Origin: Octopus sinensis
Lineage: Eukaryota
Reading direction: 5' to 3'
DNA length: 64,000 nucleotides
Assembly (NCBI RefSeq): GCF_006345805.1
Contig: NC_043010.1
Location: 48,608,001-48,672,000, forward strand
In this document: in pieces, positions 25,643 through 39,450 of the stretch
Layout: each line of letters begins with the position of its first letter
Numbering within the stretch: position 1 is the first letter of the stretch
Notes under the pieces: model-generated
Databases searched by the model: none
What the model saw: the letters and a program-made list of their open reading frames with translations, nothing else
What the model was told of the DNA's origin: nothing
Translations under genes and position numbers: made by a program

Positions 25643-25680
25643 CTGTCCGACGAACGGGAACGTGAAACTCAGAGTAACAG
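25643..25680 (+). ncRNA. Minimal type I hammerhead ribozyme-like motif with CCGACGA core
   Basis: CTGT-CCGACGA-ACGggaaCGT-GAA-ACTCaGAGT-A-ACAG: stems I, II and III all pair, GUA cleavage triplet; U4C is the only core deviation. Confidence 0.65.
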
Positions 25681-25851
25681 GTTTTGTTGAATTTTCTGCC
25701 GCTTTTAAATAAAGCATATTACTCTAGCATTGGTATTTGAGTACTCTTTTTTCCACCTTGTTTCACATTTATGAGTTTATTCCGGTATATATATATGTAT
25801 ATATGTATATATGTACATATGTATATATGTATTTATATATGTATATATGTA

Positions 25852-25950
<99 letters not shown>

Positions 25951-26172
25951 TAATGTATATATATATGTATATATATGTATATATATTGTATATATATATG
26001 TATATATATGTATGTATATGTCTATGTATATATATCTGTGTGTGTGTATATATATATTGTTATATTTCGGAATGGTCATATTGCAGTTTAGCCAATAAAA
26101 ACACACGCACTATATATTTGGTGTTATTTTGTTCAGTGATATTTATTTTTTACATAATCTTAATCTTATTTC

Positions 26173-26217
26173 GGCCAAAGTTCTTTCGTCACACTCCTGT
26201 GACCGCATCAGTGGTCC
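26173..26217 (-). ncRNA. Hammerhead-like motif in the PLE left arm
   Basis: Minus strand: GGACCA-CTGATGCG-GTCACAggagTGTGAC-GAAAGAACTT-TGGCC. Confidence 0.45.
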
Positions 26218-28498
26218 TTGTTTTCTTCTCACTTACTTGTGTCTCTCCTACTAACCGTCAGCCATTTTGTATTTCTATTGTATGTCTTCATTTGAGCATG
26301 CTTAATCTCTATGTGCGTCTATGTTTATTTAGTGTGTGTGGGGGGGATGCCTGTAATATTTGTATCTTCTGTTATATACATTCTTGTAATTTGTATTTTG
26401 TTTTTGTTGTTGTTGCTTTTGTTCTAATTTTGTTCATGTGTTTACATCCACCCATTATTATCATTACATATGCTTGTGTATGTATAACAACAATATTAGT
26501 AATAATAATAATAAATCTAATCGAAAAAATATAATATATATATATATATATTTATACATATATACACACATACATACACATATACATATATATATATACA
26601 CAATATACATATATATAGTTATTCATTTCTATTTCTTTAATATTTGTGTATTTATTATGTTTGCAGGATCCACTATCGTCATATGTTGTGGTGTGTGCTA
26701 TGCTCCATCTCTAGTTGTTTCTATTCAGGCTAGGTTTATTTTCTATTATATGTGTAGCTTCTGTAATTTGTCTAATTGTTGCATCTGTTCTATGTGTGGA
26801 CAATATCTTAATCTCATGTTATTGATGATCCCCCGTGTCTTGTTCGGCGTGTTGGTACAGAATCGATGAGCTTTTACCTTCCTTGAGTTGTCTCCAATGT
26901 TCATTCACCCGCTCTCCAATGCTTCTTGTTGTTTCCCCTACGTATGTTACTGTCTTGTTACTGCATCGTCCCTCTATACATCTTATACTATAGACCACAT
27001 TTCTGGCTTTACAGAGTATTAAGGTCACAATAGATTACCCCACTAAACACCCCAACCATAGACTACCAGTACTAGACACTGAACTCTGGCTAGAAATTGT
27101 GAAGAATAAAACCCAAATCCTTCATTCATACTATGCAAAACCTATGGCCTCAAAATACCTGATCCACCGGAACTCAGCCATTGCGGGCAATGCCAAATTC
27201 AATATTTTGATGGCAGACCTCGTCAGAATAATGAGAAATGTGTCACGCATGTGCGAGCCTACAGAATTAAAGAGCACATACAGTATTTCATTCACCGCAT
27301 GCAGTTCTCAGGTTACAGCCATAAAGAAAGGTCAGAGAGAGTATACAAAGGACCATGAAGAAATTTGATAATATATTATGTTAATGATAGGAATGGGATT
27401 TGCCCACTCTATAGGAACAAGTCATGGAACACTATAGAAAGGACAAAAAAGAAAATAGGGAAGGCCAACTCTGGTATGATAGCCATAAATACCAGAGTGT
27501 CATGTTCGTTGAACACCACCCTGGAGGTGAACGGTCGTACCGCTTAGAAGGACCCTAGATAAACTTAAACTAAGAATTAAGGTTGTTGAAAAGCCAGGCA
27601 ACCCTATCAGATCTATAATTGGTAGAACCTATCCTTTTAGTAGAACTCTCTGTACGGATAATATTGCACTGTATGTAGATTTAGCCCACAAACAAACTGT
27701 AAAGCCAGAAATGTGGTCTATAGTATAAGATGTATAGAGGGACGATGCAGTAACAAGACAGTAACATACGTAGGGGAAACAGCAAGAAGCATTGGAGAGC
27801 GGGGTGAATGAACATTGGAGACAACTCAAGGAAGGTAAAAGCTCATCGATTCTGTACCAACACGCGAACAGAACACGGGGGATCAATCAATTAACATAGA
27901 GATTAAGATATTGTCCACACATAGAACAGATGCAACAATTAGACAAATTACAGAAGCTACACATATAATAGAAATAAACCTACCTGAATAGAAAACTAGA
28001 ATGGAGCAATTAGCACACACCACAACATATGACGATAGTGGATCCTGCAAACATAATAAATACACAAATAATTAAAGAAATAGAAATGAATAACTATATA
28101 TATGTATATGTGGTATATCTATATATATATGTATATGTGTATGTATGTGTGTATATATGTATATATAATATATATATATATTTTTTTTTTTCGATTAGAT
28201 TATTATTATTACTAATATTGTTGTTATACATACATACAGCATATGTAATGATAATAATGGGTGGATGTAACACCATGAACAAAATTAGAACAAAAGCAAA
28301 CAACACAAAAACAAAATACAAATTACAAGAATGTATATAACCAGAAGATACAAATATTACAGGCATCCCCCCCCCCACACACATAAATAAACATACGCAC
28401 ATAGAGATATAAGCATGCGCAAATGAAGACGTACAATAGAAATACAAAATGGCTGACGGTTAGTAAGGAGAGACACAAGTAAGTGAGAAGAAAACAAA

Positions 28499-28543
28499 GG
28501 ACCACCGATGCGGTCACAGGAGTGTGACGAAAGAACTTTGGCC
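28499..28543 (+). ncRNA. Hammerhead-like motif in the PLE right arm
   Basis: GGACCA-CCGATGCG-GTCACAggagTGTGAC-GAAAGAACTT-TGGCC. Confidence 0.42.
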
Positions 28544-28882
28544 GAAATAAGATTAAGATTAATGTAAAAAATAAATATCACTGAACAAAATAACACCAAA
28601 TATATAGTGCGTGTGTTTTTATTGGCTAAACTGCAAATAGACCATTCCGAAATATAACATATCTGTTTCAACACACGACTTCACATAAAAAATCTTGCAC
28701 AACAAATATTTAAACTATTATATATATATGTATGTATATATAAATATATATGAAATAAGTAGCAGCTACACACTGGAGTCGATGTAATCGACTAGCCCCC
28801 TCTCCCTAAATTTTCAGGCCTTGTGCCTATAGTAGAAAGGATTATTGCAGGTCTGTATGTTAGTGTGTATGTATTGTTGTGT

Positions 28883-29196
28883 TGGAGGTGCAATGGCCCA
28901 GTGGTTAGGGCAGCTGACTCGCGGTTGGAGGATCGCGGTTTCGATTCCCAGATCGGGCGTTGTGTGTGTTTATTGAGCATTAAGACCTAAAGCTCCACAA
29001 GGCTCCGACAGGGGGTGGTGGCGACCCCTGTTGTACTCTTTCGCCCCAACTTTTTCTCTCTCTCTTTCTTCCTGTTTCTTGAGTAACGCTGCGATGGATT
29101 GGCGTCCCGTCCAGCTGGGGGGAACACATACGCCACAGAAACCGGGTAACCGGGCCCATGAGCCTGGCTAGGCTTGAAAAGGGTGCATAAATAAAA
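28883..29196 (+). mobile_element. SINE family C (SINE A tail at 28770-28845 just upstream)
   Basis: tggaggtgcaatggcccagtggttagggcagctgactcgcggttggaggatcgcggtttcgattcccag. Confidence 0.88.
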
Positions 29197-29793
29197 TGAG
29201 TTGTAGTGTTTGTGTAAAAGTCACTGTTTGTTTGAGAGTGTATACGTCATTGTGCATGCTTATTTTGGATTTTTAAGTGGTAATGTCATTAGATAAGTAC
29301 ATGTTAGTGTGTCATTCTCTATGTTTTCGGTGCGTATTTCAGTGCGTATGTGTTTGTGATTTACTGCATATTAGGCCACTGTGTGCATTTATGAATGCAT
29401 ATGTCAATGTGTATAAATATTTGTCTGTATATGATGTTATATCTGTTCGACATTGTGTATGTATATTTGTGTGACTGCATATAATGTTTAGTGTGTTTGT
29501 AAGAGCATATATTAAAGAGTGTGTGGTTGTGTACGTGTGTGTTCATGTGTGTGTGTGGGTGTTTGTGTGTTGTGTTGCGTGTGCATGTGTGTGTAAACTG
29601 CGTGTTGTGTTGTTTGTGGGCGTGTGTGTGTGTGTGTATGTGTTCGCGTGTGACATTGTGTACGTTTGCGTGGTCGTATATGACATCTTGTGCTTGTAAG
29701 AATATATATTTTAAAGTGTGTATGAGTTGTGTGCGTATGTATGTGTCGTGTGTGAGTGCGTGTGTGTATGTGTGTGTGTATGTGTGCGTGTGC

Positions 29794-29845
<52 letters not shown>

Positions 29846-30600
29846 TGTGTGTGTGTGTGAGTGTGTGTATGTGTGTGTTGACATAATAAATTTCATAGTA
29901 GCTAGCTTAACGCCTTATTCCAACATCTGCAAACCTACGAAAATATTGTTTTCATTAATTGTTTTCAAAAGTTGATAATTCTTTTTTTTTTTTATCATTT
30001 TCTATTTCCTTCTTTACATTTTATTTTTCGACAACGATTGAAGCGGCAAGTTACAAATTTATTTTTCATTTCATTGTTTCTTTTTTTTTTTTTTCCCCCG
30101 GAAAATAAAAGGTATGCTGGATGTGATGGGAAGACTCAAATAATTTAACTATTCCATCATCCATGTTTTTGGATTAGGAAACAGTTTGAAACATGTCAAC
30201 GAAACCACATCAGCGTATTATTATATCTGAAATATATCCCCAAACAAATTTTTTTTTGTTTTGAAAACAAGCAGCTTCACTTTTTCATGGATGATATTGC
30301 AAAAATATAAAAGGAAGAAAGAAAAATGAATTTGACGATTCTTTCTGAAATGTTAAACGATAGGTTTTTATGGGCGTATTTCGTGGCTTTGTAATGAAGA
30401 AGTTAGCTTAGCAATTAGAAGGTTTCAAGTTCGCTCCCTCCCGTGCACTTTGAGCCAGTATCTTCTACCATAGTCTCGTCTTCATCGAATACTCATTAGT
30501 GAAATTGGGCAGGTTTAGTTTTGTATGCCCCGTCGAGGGATTAAATCTGATGGGTGTTAGATATGTACACATGTAAATACGGAAACCACACACATACAGC

Positions 30601-30670
<70 letters not shown>

Positions 30671-31256
30671 AATAAATGAAAATAAAGGAATTTTGTTAAT
30701 TCGTCGTTCAACTCCATTCTTTCATTTATTTGTATTTAAAAAACACACAAATTTCCACACGATAGCACGTGATCTCTGCCCTAGGGCATGTAGCTTCAAC
30801 CGTGTTTTCTGACGTGAATTTGCTACCAGGTATCGGTTAACCGAATTATCCTTCATAATAAGATAATTCATTCAACTATCTACACTATATATATATATAT
30901 ATATAGATATATACATACATATATATAAACTAGGGCAGATTGATTTTCCTCACTTTTATAGTTAATGACTTTGGACTAATCGAGATAGTGAGGGCTTAAT
31001 ATGATAGTAACTGACAAATAAATCCATCTCCCTAGCTTTTACCGTTCTTTTCTTTTTTTGAGAAAACTGTTACAAAAAACTTCAAAATACTGTAACCAGA
31101 AAACACCGCATTTTCACCATTTTCGGTCGAAACAAAAACATGTTACTGTTATTTGAAAAATCAACAAAATTTTACTGGACTCCAAGTACTTTTTAAATAA
31201 AATTAAAAAAAATGTTACGTCGTTAATAATTTTAAACGCAGGGTATATATACATAT

Positions 31257-31308
<52 letters not shown>

Positions 31309-31344
31309 CAACACACACACACGCACACACACACAGACGCACAC

Positions 31345-32383
31345 ACATATACAAAATAAAAAATACTCATTAAGTACAGGACATCACTAATGAGCGAAAA
31401 ACACGTAAACACGAGAAATGAGTACAGGACAAATACAAAAACAAACAAACAAACAATTAGAACAGGGCATCCACAACGAGTGAAAAATACGTAAACACAT
31501 AACAAGAGACAAGTACGGGACAAATTACTAAAAGATGTCTAACTCCTCCTCAGTTGTCGACTGTTTATTACTCCCTATTTCGAGCTTTTAACGACAAGAT
31601 AGGAAAACTACATAAGACAGCAGCATCCAGAAATTATAAAAATATAAAATTTGTGGAGAGTTAGGGCTTCGAACAAACAAACAGCAACAGAGTGGACGTA
31701 CAGAGTAAACGATCGACGAAGACAAACATTAAGGGCCGTTAGTCCAAGATGAATTGTAAAGGGTAACACCTGGGAGAAATTTTGAAAGGATATAGAATAA
31801 ATAGAAAGGAATAAAATAATAGAAGAGAAAAAATGTCGTAGGGAGGGGGCAAAAGAAATGACGTCCAGCTAGGTGGCTGTCACATCCAGAAAGTACAGAG
31901 GTGAGAGAAATTGCCTGTAGTCACGTGTGAGCAAAGAGGCTGAGGGTAAGGTGGACAAGAGAGAGGATGAAAGAAAGAAACAAAGGGAGTGAGGAGAAAG
32001 GAGAAGGAACGAAAGATAGTAGGGAGTGTAAGAAAGAAGGGGGACACGTCCAACTAGCTGGACATCATTTCTCTCGCCTCCCGACATTTTTTCTCTTCTA
32101 CTATTTTCTTCTCTTATATTCATTCTATATCTTTTCCAAATTTCTCCCAGGCGTTACCCATTACAATGCGTCTTGGCATAACAACCTTTAATACTTGTCT
32201 TCGTTGATTGTTTACTATATATGTCCACTCTGTTACTGTTTGTTCGTTCGAAGCCCTAACTCTTCAGGAATTTTATATTTCAAAACTTTCTGGATGCTGC
32301 TGTCTTATGAAGTTTTCCTATCTTGACGCTAAAAGCTCGAAATAGGATGTAATAAACAGTCGACAACCAAGCTGGAGGTAGAC
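31345..32383. mobile_element. Diverged fold-back element, ~335-bp inverted arms around a 181-bp purine-rich spacer
   Basis: 31537-31872 versus 32054-32383 (e.g. gggcttcgaac/gttcgaagccc, cagcagcatccagaaa/tttctggatgctgctg); shares the gtcc(c/t)gtact motif with the 19.3-kb family. Confidence 0.8.
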
Positions 32384-32404
32384 TTACATACATGCTAACA
32401 CAGA

Positions 32405-32446
<42 letters not shown>

Positions 32447-32516
32447 TACGAACACACATATACGTATACAGGCATATATGCATACATACTAAATAAAATA
32501 TAATTTAGGAGTATAT

Positions 32517-32549
<33 letters not shown>

Positions 32550-32686
32550 TATATATATATATATATATATTTATGAACATAGATACACACAAAACACACA
32601 CACACACACAAAGCGTTCCTTATGGCTACAGATAAGTGTATATCTATGTCCTTTTATTCTGTCTTAGAAATTTAATAACTTAATTC

Positions 32687-32786
32687 NNNNNNNNNNNNNN
32701 NNNNNNNNNNNNNNNNNNNNNNNNNNNNNNNNNNNNNNNNNNNNNNNNNNNNNNNNNNNNNNNNNNNNNNNNNNNNNNNNNNNNNN
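32687..32786. other. Assembly gap (100 N)
   Basis: Run of n characters. Confidence 1.
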
Positions 32787-33165
32787 ATCTGGTACTTATT
32801 TAATAGACCCCGAAAGGATAAAAGGTAATTCGGCCTCAGCGGAATTTGAACTCAGAACGTAACGGCAGCCGAAATACCGCTAAACATTTCGCCCGGCGTG
32901 CTAACAATTCTACCAGCTCACCGCCTTTATAATAAAAAATAAAATAATCCTTTCTACTATAGGAACAAGGCCTGAAATCTGGGGCGGGGGTGAATAGTCG
33001 ATTACATCGACTTCAGTGTTTAACCGGTACTTATTTTATCGACCAGTAAAGGATGAAAGGCAAAGTCAGCCTCGGCAGAATTTGAACTCAGAACGCAAGG
33101 ACAGCCGAAATGCTGCTAAGCATTTTTCCTGCCGTGCTAACGACTATACCAGCTCGCCGCCTTAA
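32787..33165 (-). mobile_element. Two tandem SINE A copies
   Basis: Cores at 32787-32930 and 32945-33165. Confidence 0.85.
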
Positions 33166-33182
33166 AAATAGTAATAGTAATG

Positions 33183-33238
<56 letters not shown>

Positions 33239-35961
33239 TCCAAGCAAAAGCCCAAAGAATACGAAGATTTGAGAAGAGAAACAAGTTTTACAAGCAAAAT
33301 AAGCTGTTCACATCCAATGCCAAAAAATTCTACAGAGAAATAGGGAAGGAGAAAGTAACCGTTAAAGACCCCCCTCCCATGGAAGAAGTTCAAAACTTTT
33401 GGAAAAGGATTTGGAGTGACAAGAAGATATTGGATTATACAAACTGAAGGATCCTACCAAAATTTACAACAAGCATAGGAAGACATCACAATAGCAGACC
33501 TAAGAAAGGCACTCACGAAGGCCCATAATTGGAAATCTCCCGGTAAAGATAGGGTGCCGAATTTCTGGCTCGCATCGCTCCATGGCACACGGTAAGCTAG
33601 TTCAGCTGCTTAATGGAATTATGAGAGACTCAAAGAAAACACCTGAATGGTTAGCAAGTGGTATTACTTACCTACTCCCAAAGAATAACGAAACCAAACT
33701 TCCAAATACTATCGGCCTATAACCGTCTATCCACCACGTATAAAATCCTAACATCTATCCTGGCGGAGAAAACATATGCATTCATGGAGAAGAACGATAT
33801 TTTCCCCATTGAACAAGAAGGGTGCCGCCGAGGCTCATACGGATGCAAAGATCAACTGCTAATTAATCGTATGATCCTTGAGAACTGTCACAACAAGCGC
33901 AGAAATCTCAGCTCCGCATGGATTGACTATTAAAAGGCCTTCGACAGTATACCGCATCCATGGATCTTGAGATCGCTGGACATCTTCAAAATTTCCCCTG
34001 TGATTTCAAACTTCTGAAGCACAATATGTCGTTGTGGAATACGAATCTCCAATTATACCACTCTAATGGAGTACTTGCCTCAGAAAATATAAACATCAAC
34101 TGTGGAATTTTTCAAGGTGACTCACTTTCACCTTTAATATTCTGCATAGCCCTAATACCCCTTACAAATGAGTTAAACAGAACAGGGTATGGGTATAAAA
34201 TTGCCAATAAAAAAATAAGCCATCTATTTTATATGGATGACTTAAAACTCTATGGTAAAGACAATAATGAACTTGAAGGCCTATTGCGCACTGTGAAAGC
34301 ATTCAGCGATGACATCGGGATGGAGTTTGGACTTGAGAAGTGTGCCAAGGCCACTTTCCAGAAAGGGAAAGTGAATACTACAAATTCAGTCGTGTTAGAT
34401 GTTGACACAGTCATAAGAGAGCTTGAGCAAGAACAAACATACAAATATTTAGGGATAAATGAAGGCTCTGGTATTCAGCATGCAAGCATGAAAGAGAAGA
34501 TCAGGAAGGAATGTTATAGGAGAGTTCGTGCAGTCCTGAAATCTGAACTAAATGCACGTAACAAGGTGTAGCTATAAATACCTTAGCAGTTCCAGTTGTT
34601 ACTTATAGCTACAATGTGTTGAACTGGAATATGAGTGAAGTAAAGAATATAGATAGGAAAATACGCAAGCTGCTGAGTTGTAATAGGATGACCCACCACC
34701 CAAAGGCAGACGTAGATCGCCTTTACCTTCCCAGAGCCCAAGGAGGTCGAGGCCTGATCCAATTTGAACTAGCTTACAAAAACAACCACAATTGGACTGG
34801 CCAAATATCTCGAAATAACGAATGACTGGATGCTAAAGCTCGTGGAAAATCACGAGAGACGAAAGAAGCTTCATTCTATCATAAAGGAAAGCAAAAAATT
34901 TGCTATTGATCTCGTGCAGGATACCCAAAGTGAACAACCCTAGGGAAGTATGGCAACTATTGTTGCAAAGAAGGTGAAAATAATGGCAACGAAAAAAGCG
35001 CTCGAGCAATTGGCTGATAGGTGGGAGGAGAACCTCTGCACGGCAAATATGTGGCCCACAGCAAACAAGCTGATGTTGACCAGAAGCAAACCCATCAGTG
35101 GCTACGGAGCTCAAGGTTAAAAGCAGAGAGCGAAGGTTTCATCCTGGCTGCTCAAGATCAAAGCCTATTAACCCGGAACTACCAGGCCAATGTAATGAAA
35201 AATGGAGCAGACCCAAAATGCCGATTCTGCAACGACATGATTGAAACAGTGGACCACCTAATCTCTGGATGTAAAGTCTTAGCACCAGTGGAGTATAAAT
35301 TAAGACATGACAGAGTTGGCCAATATCTACACTGGCTAATAAGTCGGCATTACAATATCAAAACTGCGGACAAGTGGTATAATCACCACCCTGTGGCTGT
35401 AACTGAAGGAGAAAATGTAACGATTCTGTGGGACTTTCCAGTACATACAGACCGAACCATTAAAGCCAATAAACCAGATATTGTTGTGAAAGACCAAAAC
35501 AATAAAGTTTGCTTATTGATCGACATGGGCATCCCCTGTGATCATAATATCTCAGCGAAAGAGTTTGACAAGCTCAGAAAATATAAAGACCTACTCATTG
35601 AAATTGAGAAAATGTGGCATCTCAAGGCGGTTACAATACCAGTGAACGTAGGAGCACTAGGAATGATCAAGAAGGGAAATGAAAATTATATGAGAATGAT
35701 CCCTGGCTTACCATCACTGCAAGAAGTGCAAAAGATTGTCTTAACTGGTACATCACACGTATTGAGAAGAGCATTGTCGATGTGAGAACTATTACTACCC
35801 ATGTATTTTAATTTAACTTGAAAAAAAAAAATGAACTAACTAGTTGAGTTTAGTTTAATGGCCTACCATTGTATACTATGAGTTTCTTTGCCCTAGGAGT
35901 CAGGAAGACACTCGGCAAGAAATGGAAGCAAATTTGAAAGAAGAAAAAAAAAAGGAAGAAA
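33239..35961 (+). mobile_element. R4/Dong-type retrotransposon, 5'-truncated, frameshifted RT-Zn-REL ORF, inserted in (AAT)n
   Basis: EQEGCRRGSYGCKDQL, AWIDY, GIFQGDSLSPL, LFYMDDLKLY, TYKYLG, CRFCNDMIETVDHLISGC, ILWDFPVHTDRTIKANKPDIVV; (AAT)n on both sides. Confidence 0.95.
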
Positions 35962-36055
<94 letters not shown>

Positions 36056-36338
36056 TGATGATGATGATGATGATGAGTCCGGAGAGATGGATAAAGTTAT
36101 CACTTCCTGGTGTGGTTCAACCAACTCTGCGTAGAGACGTTTGAGGTTAGAGATAGGGAAAGAGATTGTTCGGAGAATTTAGTTGGTATATACGATCAGG
36201 TTCCAATGAGGCTGGTGTTGTTCTGCGTTGACAAGACTTATAATCTGTTGTAAAATCGATACAAAGGGTACAGTACATATATACATATATATATGTACAT
36301 ACATACATACGTACATACATACATACACACACACACAC

Positions 36339-36381
<43 letters not shown>

Positions 36382-36383
36382 TA

Positions 36384-36431
<48 letters not shown>

Positions 36432-36944
36432 TATAATATTATATATATATTATAGATATATACACATACATACATAGACACACACACACACATATATATA
36501 AATACTTACACACACATATGCGAACATGCACGCGCACATATTACTTATATATTGGATGTGTCTTTTGTTACTTTTATTGTAACTCGAGGTCTCACATCCA
36601 GAAAGGCTGAATAATAATTGTCAGACGATAAAAACAAAAACATTCATGGAAAATCTATTGAGTATTGCATAACTAATGAAGAAGGACATGCAGTCGTATT
36701 TCTGCATGTGCAATTAGCCTCAGTTAATTCAGTTTGTTACTTATTATTAACTATTTGGTATTAATAGCAACTGTAACTGAGTTTTAGATTAATTCTATTG
36801 AATAATTTTCTGTATTGGCGTTTAATAAAGTTTATTTATGAAGGATATGAAGCTTTAGTAATATTAGACTAAGAAAAGGGGAGTTGCTAACCAGATAATG
36901 TTATAACGATCTTAGTTAGCTTTTAGATGATGGGAAGTCAGGGA

Positions 36945-37232
36945 TAAATGTAATCTTGTCTGCAACACCAAGGCCGAGCTGCTGGTGGTCAAGATAAAGG
37001 AGGTATTCGAACATCTTCCCGGGGATACAACGAGGAACGCATTCGCCAGGTTCCAGAGCCGTTTTGAGGCCGTGGTGGAAGCTGAGGGCAGATTCTTTGA
37101 GCAAACTCTTATCTGCCAACCGACATCTAGTTGATATTTTTCAATTTTTATAAATACTTTTATTGTTAGATTAGATATTGCATTTTCTTTTCCTTTTATG
37201 CAAACTGTCAAATTTATTCAAAGTACCCAGTT
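36945..37232 (+). mobile_element. Tc1/mariner-superfamily transposase C-terminal fragment and right end
   Basis: Reads NTKAEL..KIKEVFEHLPGDTTRNAFARFQSRFEAVVEAEGRFFEQ, typical of Tc1/maT C-termini; TIR-like ctgtcaaatttattcaaagtacccag. Confidence 0.7.
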
Positions 37233-37604
37233 ATCATGTAATGTTAAATTATTTCATAGTAATCTCTATTTACTACTAATTCATGCTGTTCATTGCTACC
37301 TCATTAATTTTCCGTTCACCAACTTAATCTAAACTGACCATCACATTTTCACATAGAAACTAACACGTACATATACCCTCAGACATATCAGAGCATTCAC
37401 TAGGGAATATCTTTCAACCTCATATCTTAATAACATCCAAAAATGTGACTGGTCTAAAAGTGGCATTGCTATTTACAAAATGAAACATCTTGCAAGATGT
37501 AAGTAAACACTGAAATATCATATAGCATAATATAATATAATAAATATTAATATAATATAATATAATATAATAATAATAATAATATAATAATAATAATAAT
37601 AATG

Positions 37605-37659
<55 letters not shown>

Positions 37660-37660
<1 letters not shown>

Positions 37661-38475
37661 GCAACAAATTAAAAGACCAGGAAGCATCAAGGCGGTGGCT
37701 TGACAAGGATGACCTAAAAAAGAGTACTGAAAGCCTAAACATCACTGCTCAGGACCAGGCATTGAATACCAACTCAGTGAAAAAGAATATTTACCACACA
37801 AGTACCACGGACCTCTGCAGAATGTGTGGGAAGAGGGTCGAAAACGTGACTCAGATTGTTTGTGCTTGTGAAAGTCTTGTGCAGAAAGAGTACAAGCGTA
37901 GACACGACAAGGTAGCCCAAAACCTTCACTGGCTACTATGCCGTAAGTATGGATATGAGGTTACGGGTGTTTCGTACCAACACACACCGGAAAAGGTAAT
38001 GGACGAAATGGGGAAGGCAAAAATCCTCTGGGACTTTGACTTCCAGACAGACATGGCATCAGAGCACAGAAGGCCGGATATAGTAACCGTTAGGAGGGAG
38101 AAACAAGAGTGCCTAATAATTGACATGGCAGTGCCAGGAGATAAACATATCATTATGAAAGAAAGAGTAAAGGTTAATAAATATGGAAACATGAAAAATG
38201 AGATGGCTAAGATGTGGCAGCTACATAAAAGATATTTCTGTTCTCATCTGAGCGTTGGGTTCAATACCACCCAATCTGAAAAGCATCTGAAAACTTTAGA
38301 AATACTCTACAATCTAGATGTATTGCAAAAGTTGGCATTGCTTGGAACTGAACGCATATTGCATAAAGCACTATCTGTCTGAGGTCCCTCGTGACTTGAC
38401 AAACAGTACGAATCCCCGGTAGACACAATATCTTCAATCAACAACCTCACGATATTGTATGTTGTTCGAAGTCTA
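37660..38475 (+). mobile_element. R4/Dong-type 3' fragment in (AAT)n
   Basis: ORF 37762-38382: CRMCGKRVENVTQIVCAC, ILWDFDFQTD..SEHRRPDIV, IIDMAVPGD, LQKLALLGTERILHKALSV; (AAT)n before, (AAC)n(AAT)n after. Confidence 0.92.
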
Positions 38476-38602
38476 TAACAACAACAACAACAACAACAAT
38501 AATAATAATAATAATAATAATAACAATGATAATAATGATGATGATGATGATGATGATGATGATAATAAAAATAATAATATAGTAATATTATTAATAATAA
38601 TG

Positions 38603-38638
<36 letters not shown>

Positions 38639-38688
38639 TAATAATAATAATAATAATAATGACAATGATGATGATGATGATGATGATG

Positions 38689-38733
<45 letters not shown>

Positions 38734-38776
38734 CAATGATGATGATGATGATGATGATATTATAATAATAATAATA

Positions 38777-38829
<53 letters not shown>

Positions 38830-38929
38830 TAATAATTTATAAGATAGCTCAGCTGCTTCTTGAATACTTGTATTTCGTGCTCTGCTTAAGTTGCCTCATT
38901 TTACAGGCAGTTGATTTTGTCTATGATCT

Positions 38930-39075
38930 AGCTCTGTGGTCGATAAAAAAACATACCAGACAAAGCACTGGGGTCGATATAATTGACTAAAACTTATTAA
39001 AGACGGTGTTCCAGTGTCCCAGTATTCCCACACTTCTATCACCGAAACCAGTTAACGAATATGTACACACACACA
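38930..39075 (-). mobile_element. SINE B-type tail fragment
   Basis: ggtgttccagtgtcc...ccgaaaccagttaacg followed by (CA)/(TA) tracts. Confidence 0.5.
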
Positions 39076-39155
39076 CACACGCACAAACATATGCGTATAC
39101 ATACATCCATATACACACACACACACATATATACATACATACATATATATATACA

Positions 39156-39250
<95 letters not shown>

Positions 39251-39450
39251 ACATACATACATATATATATACATACATATATGTACGAATATATATGTAT
39301 GTTTGCATATGCGTGAGAATACGTATGTGTAATATGTACATGTATATATTCATATATATGTATGCGTGTGTGTGTATATATATACATACATACATACATA
39401 CATACATGCATACATATATATATACACACACATAGATATATACATGCATA
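39061..39450. repeat. (CA)n/(TA)n/(TACA)n compound microsatellite
   Basis: Direct reading. Confidence 0.95.

Larger units (their letters stand above)
26058..28720 (+). mobile_element. Penelope-like element with an inverted 5' copy of its EN + 3' UTR (~960-bp inverted arms)
   Basis: 27015 onward: SIKVTIDYPTKHPNHRLPVLD...ILHSYYAKPMASKYLIHRNSAI (RT thumb), GICPLYRNKSW, VVYSIRC...YVGET.RSIGER.NEH (GIY-YIG). 26058-27014 is the reverse complement of 27697-28659. Confidence 0.9.
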
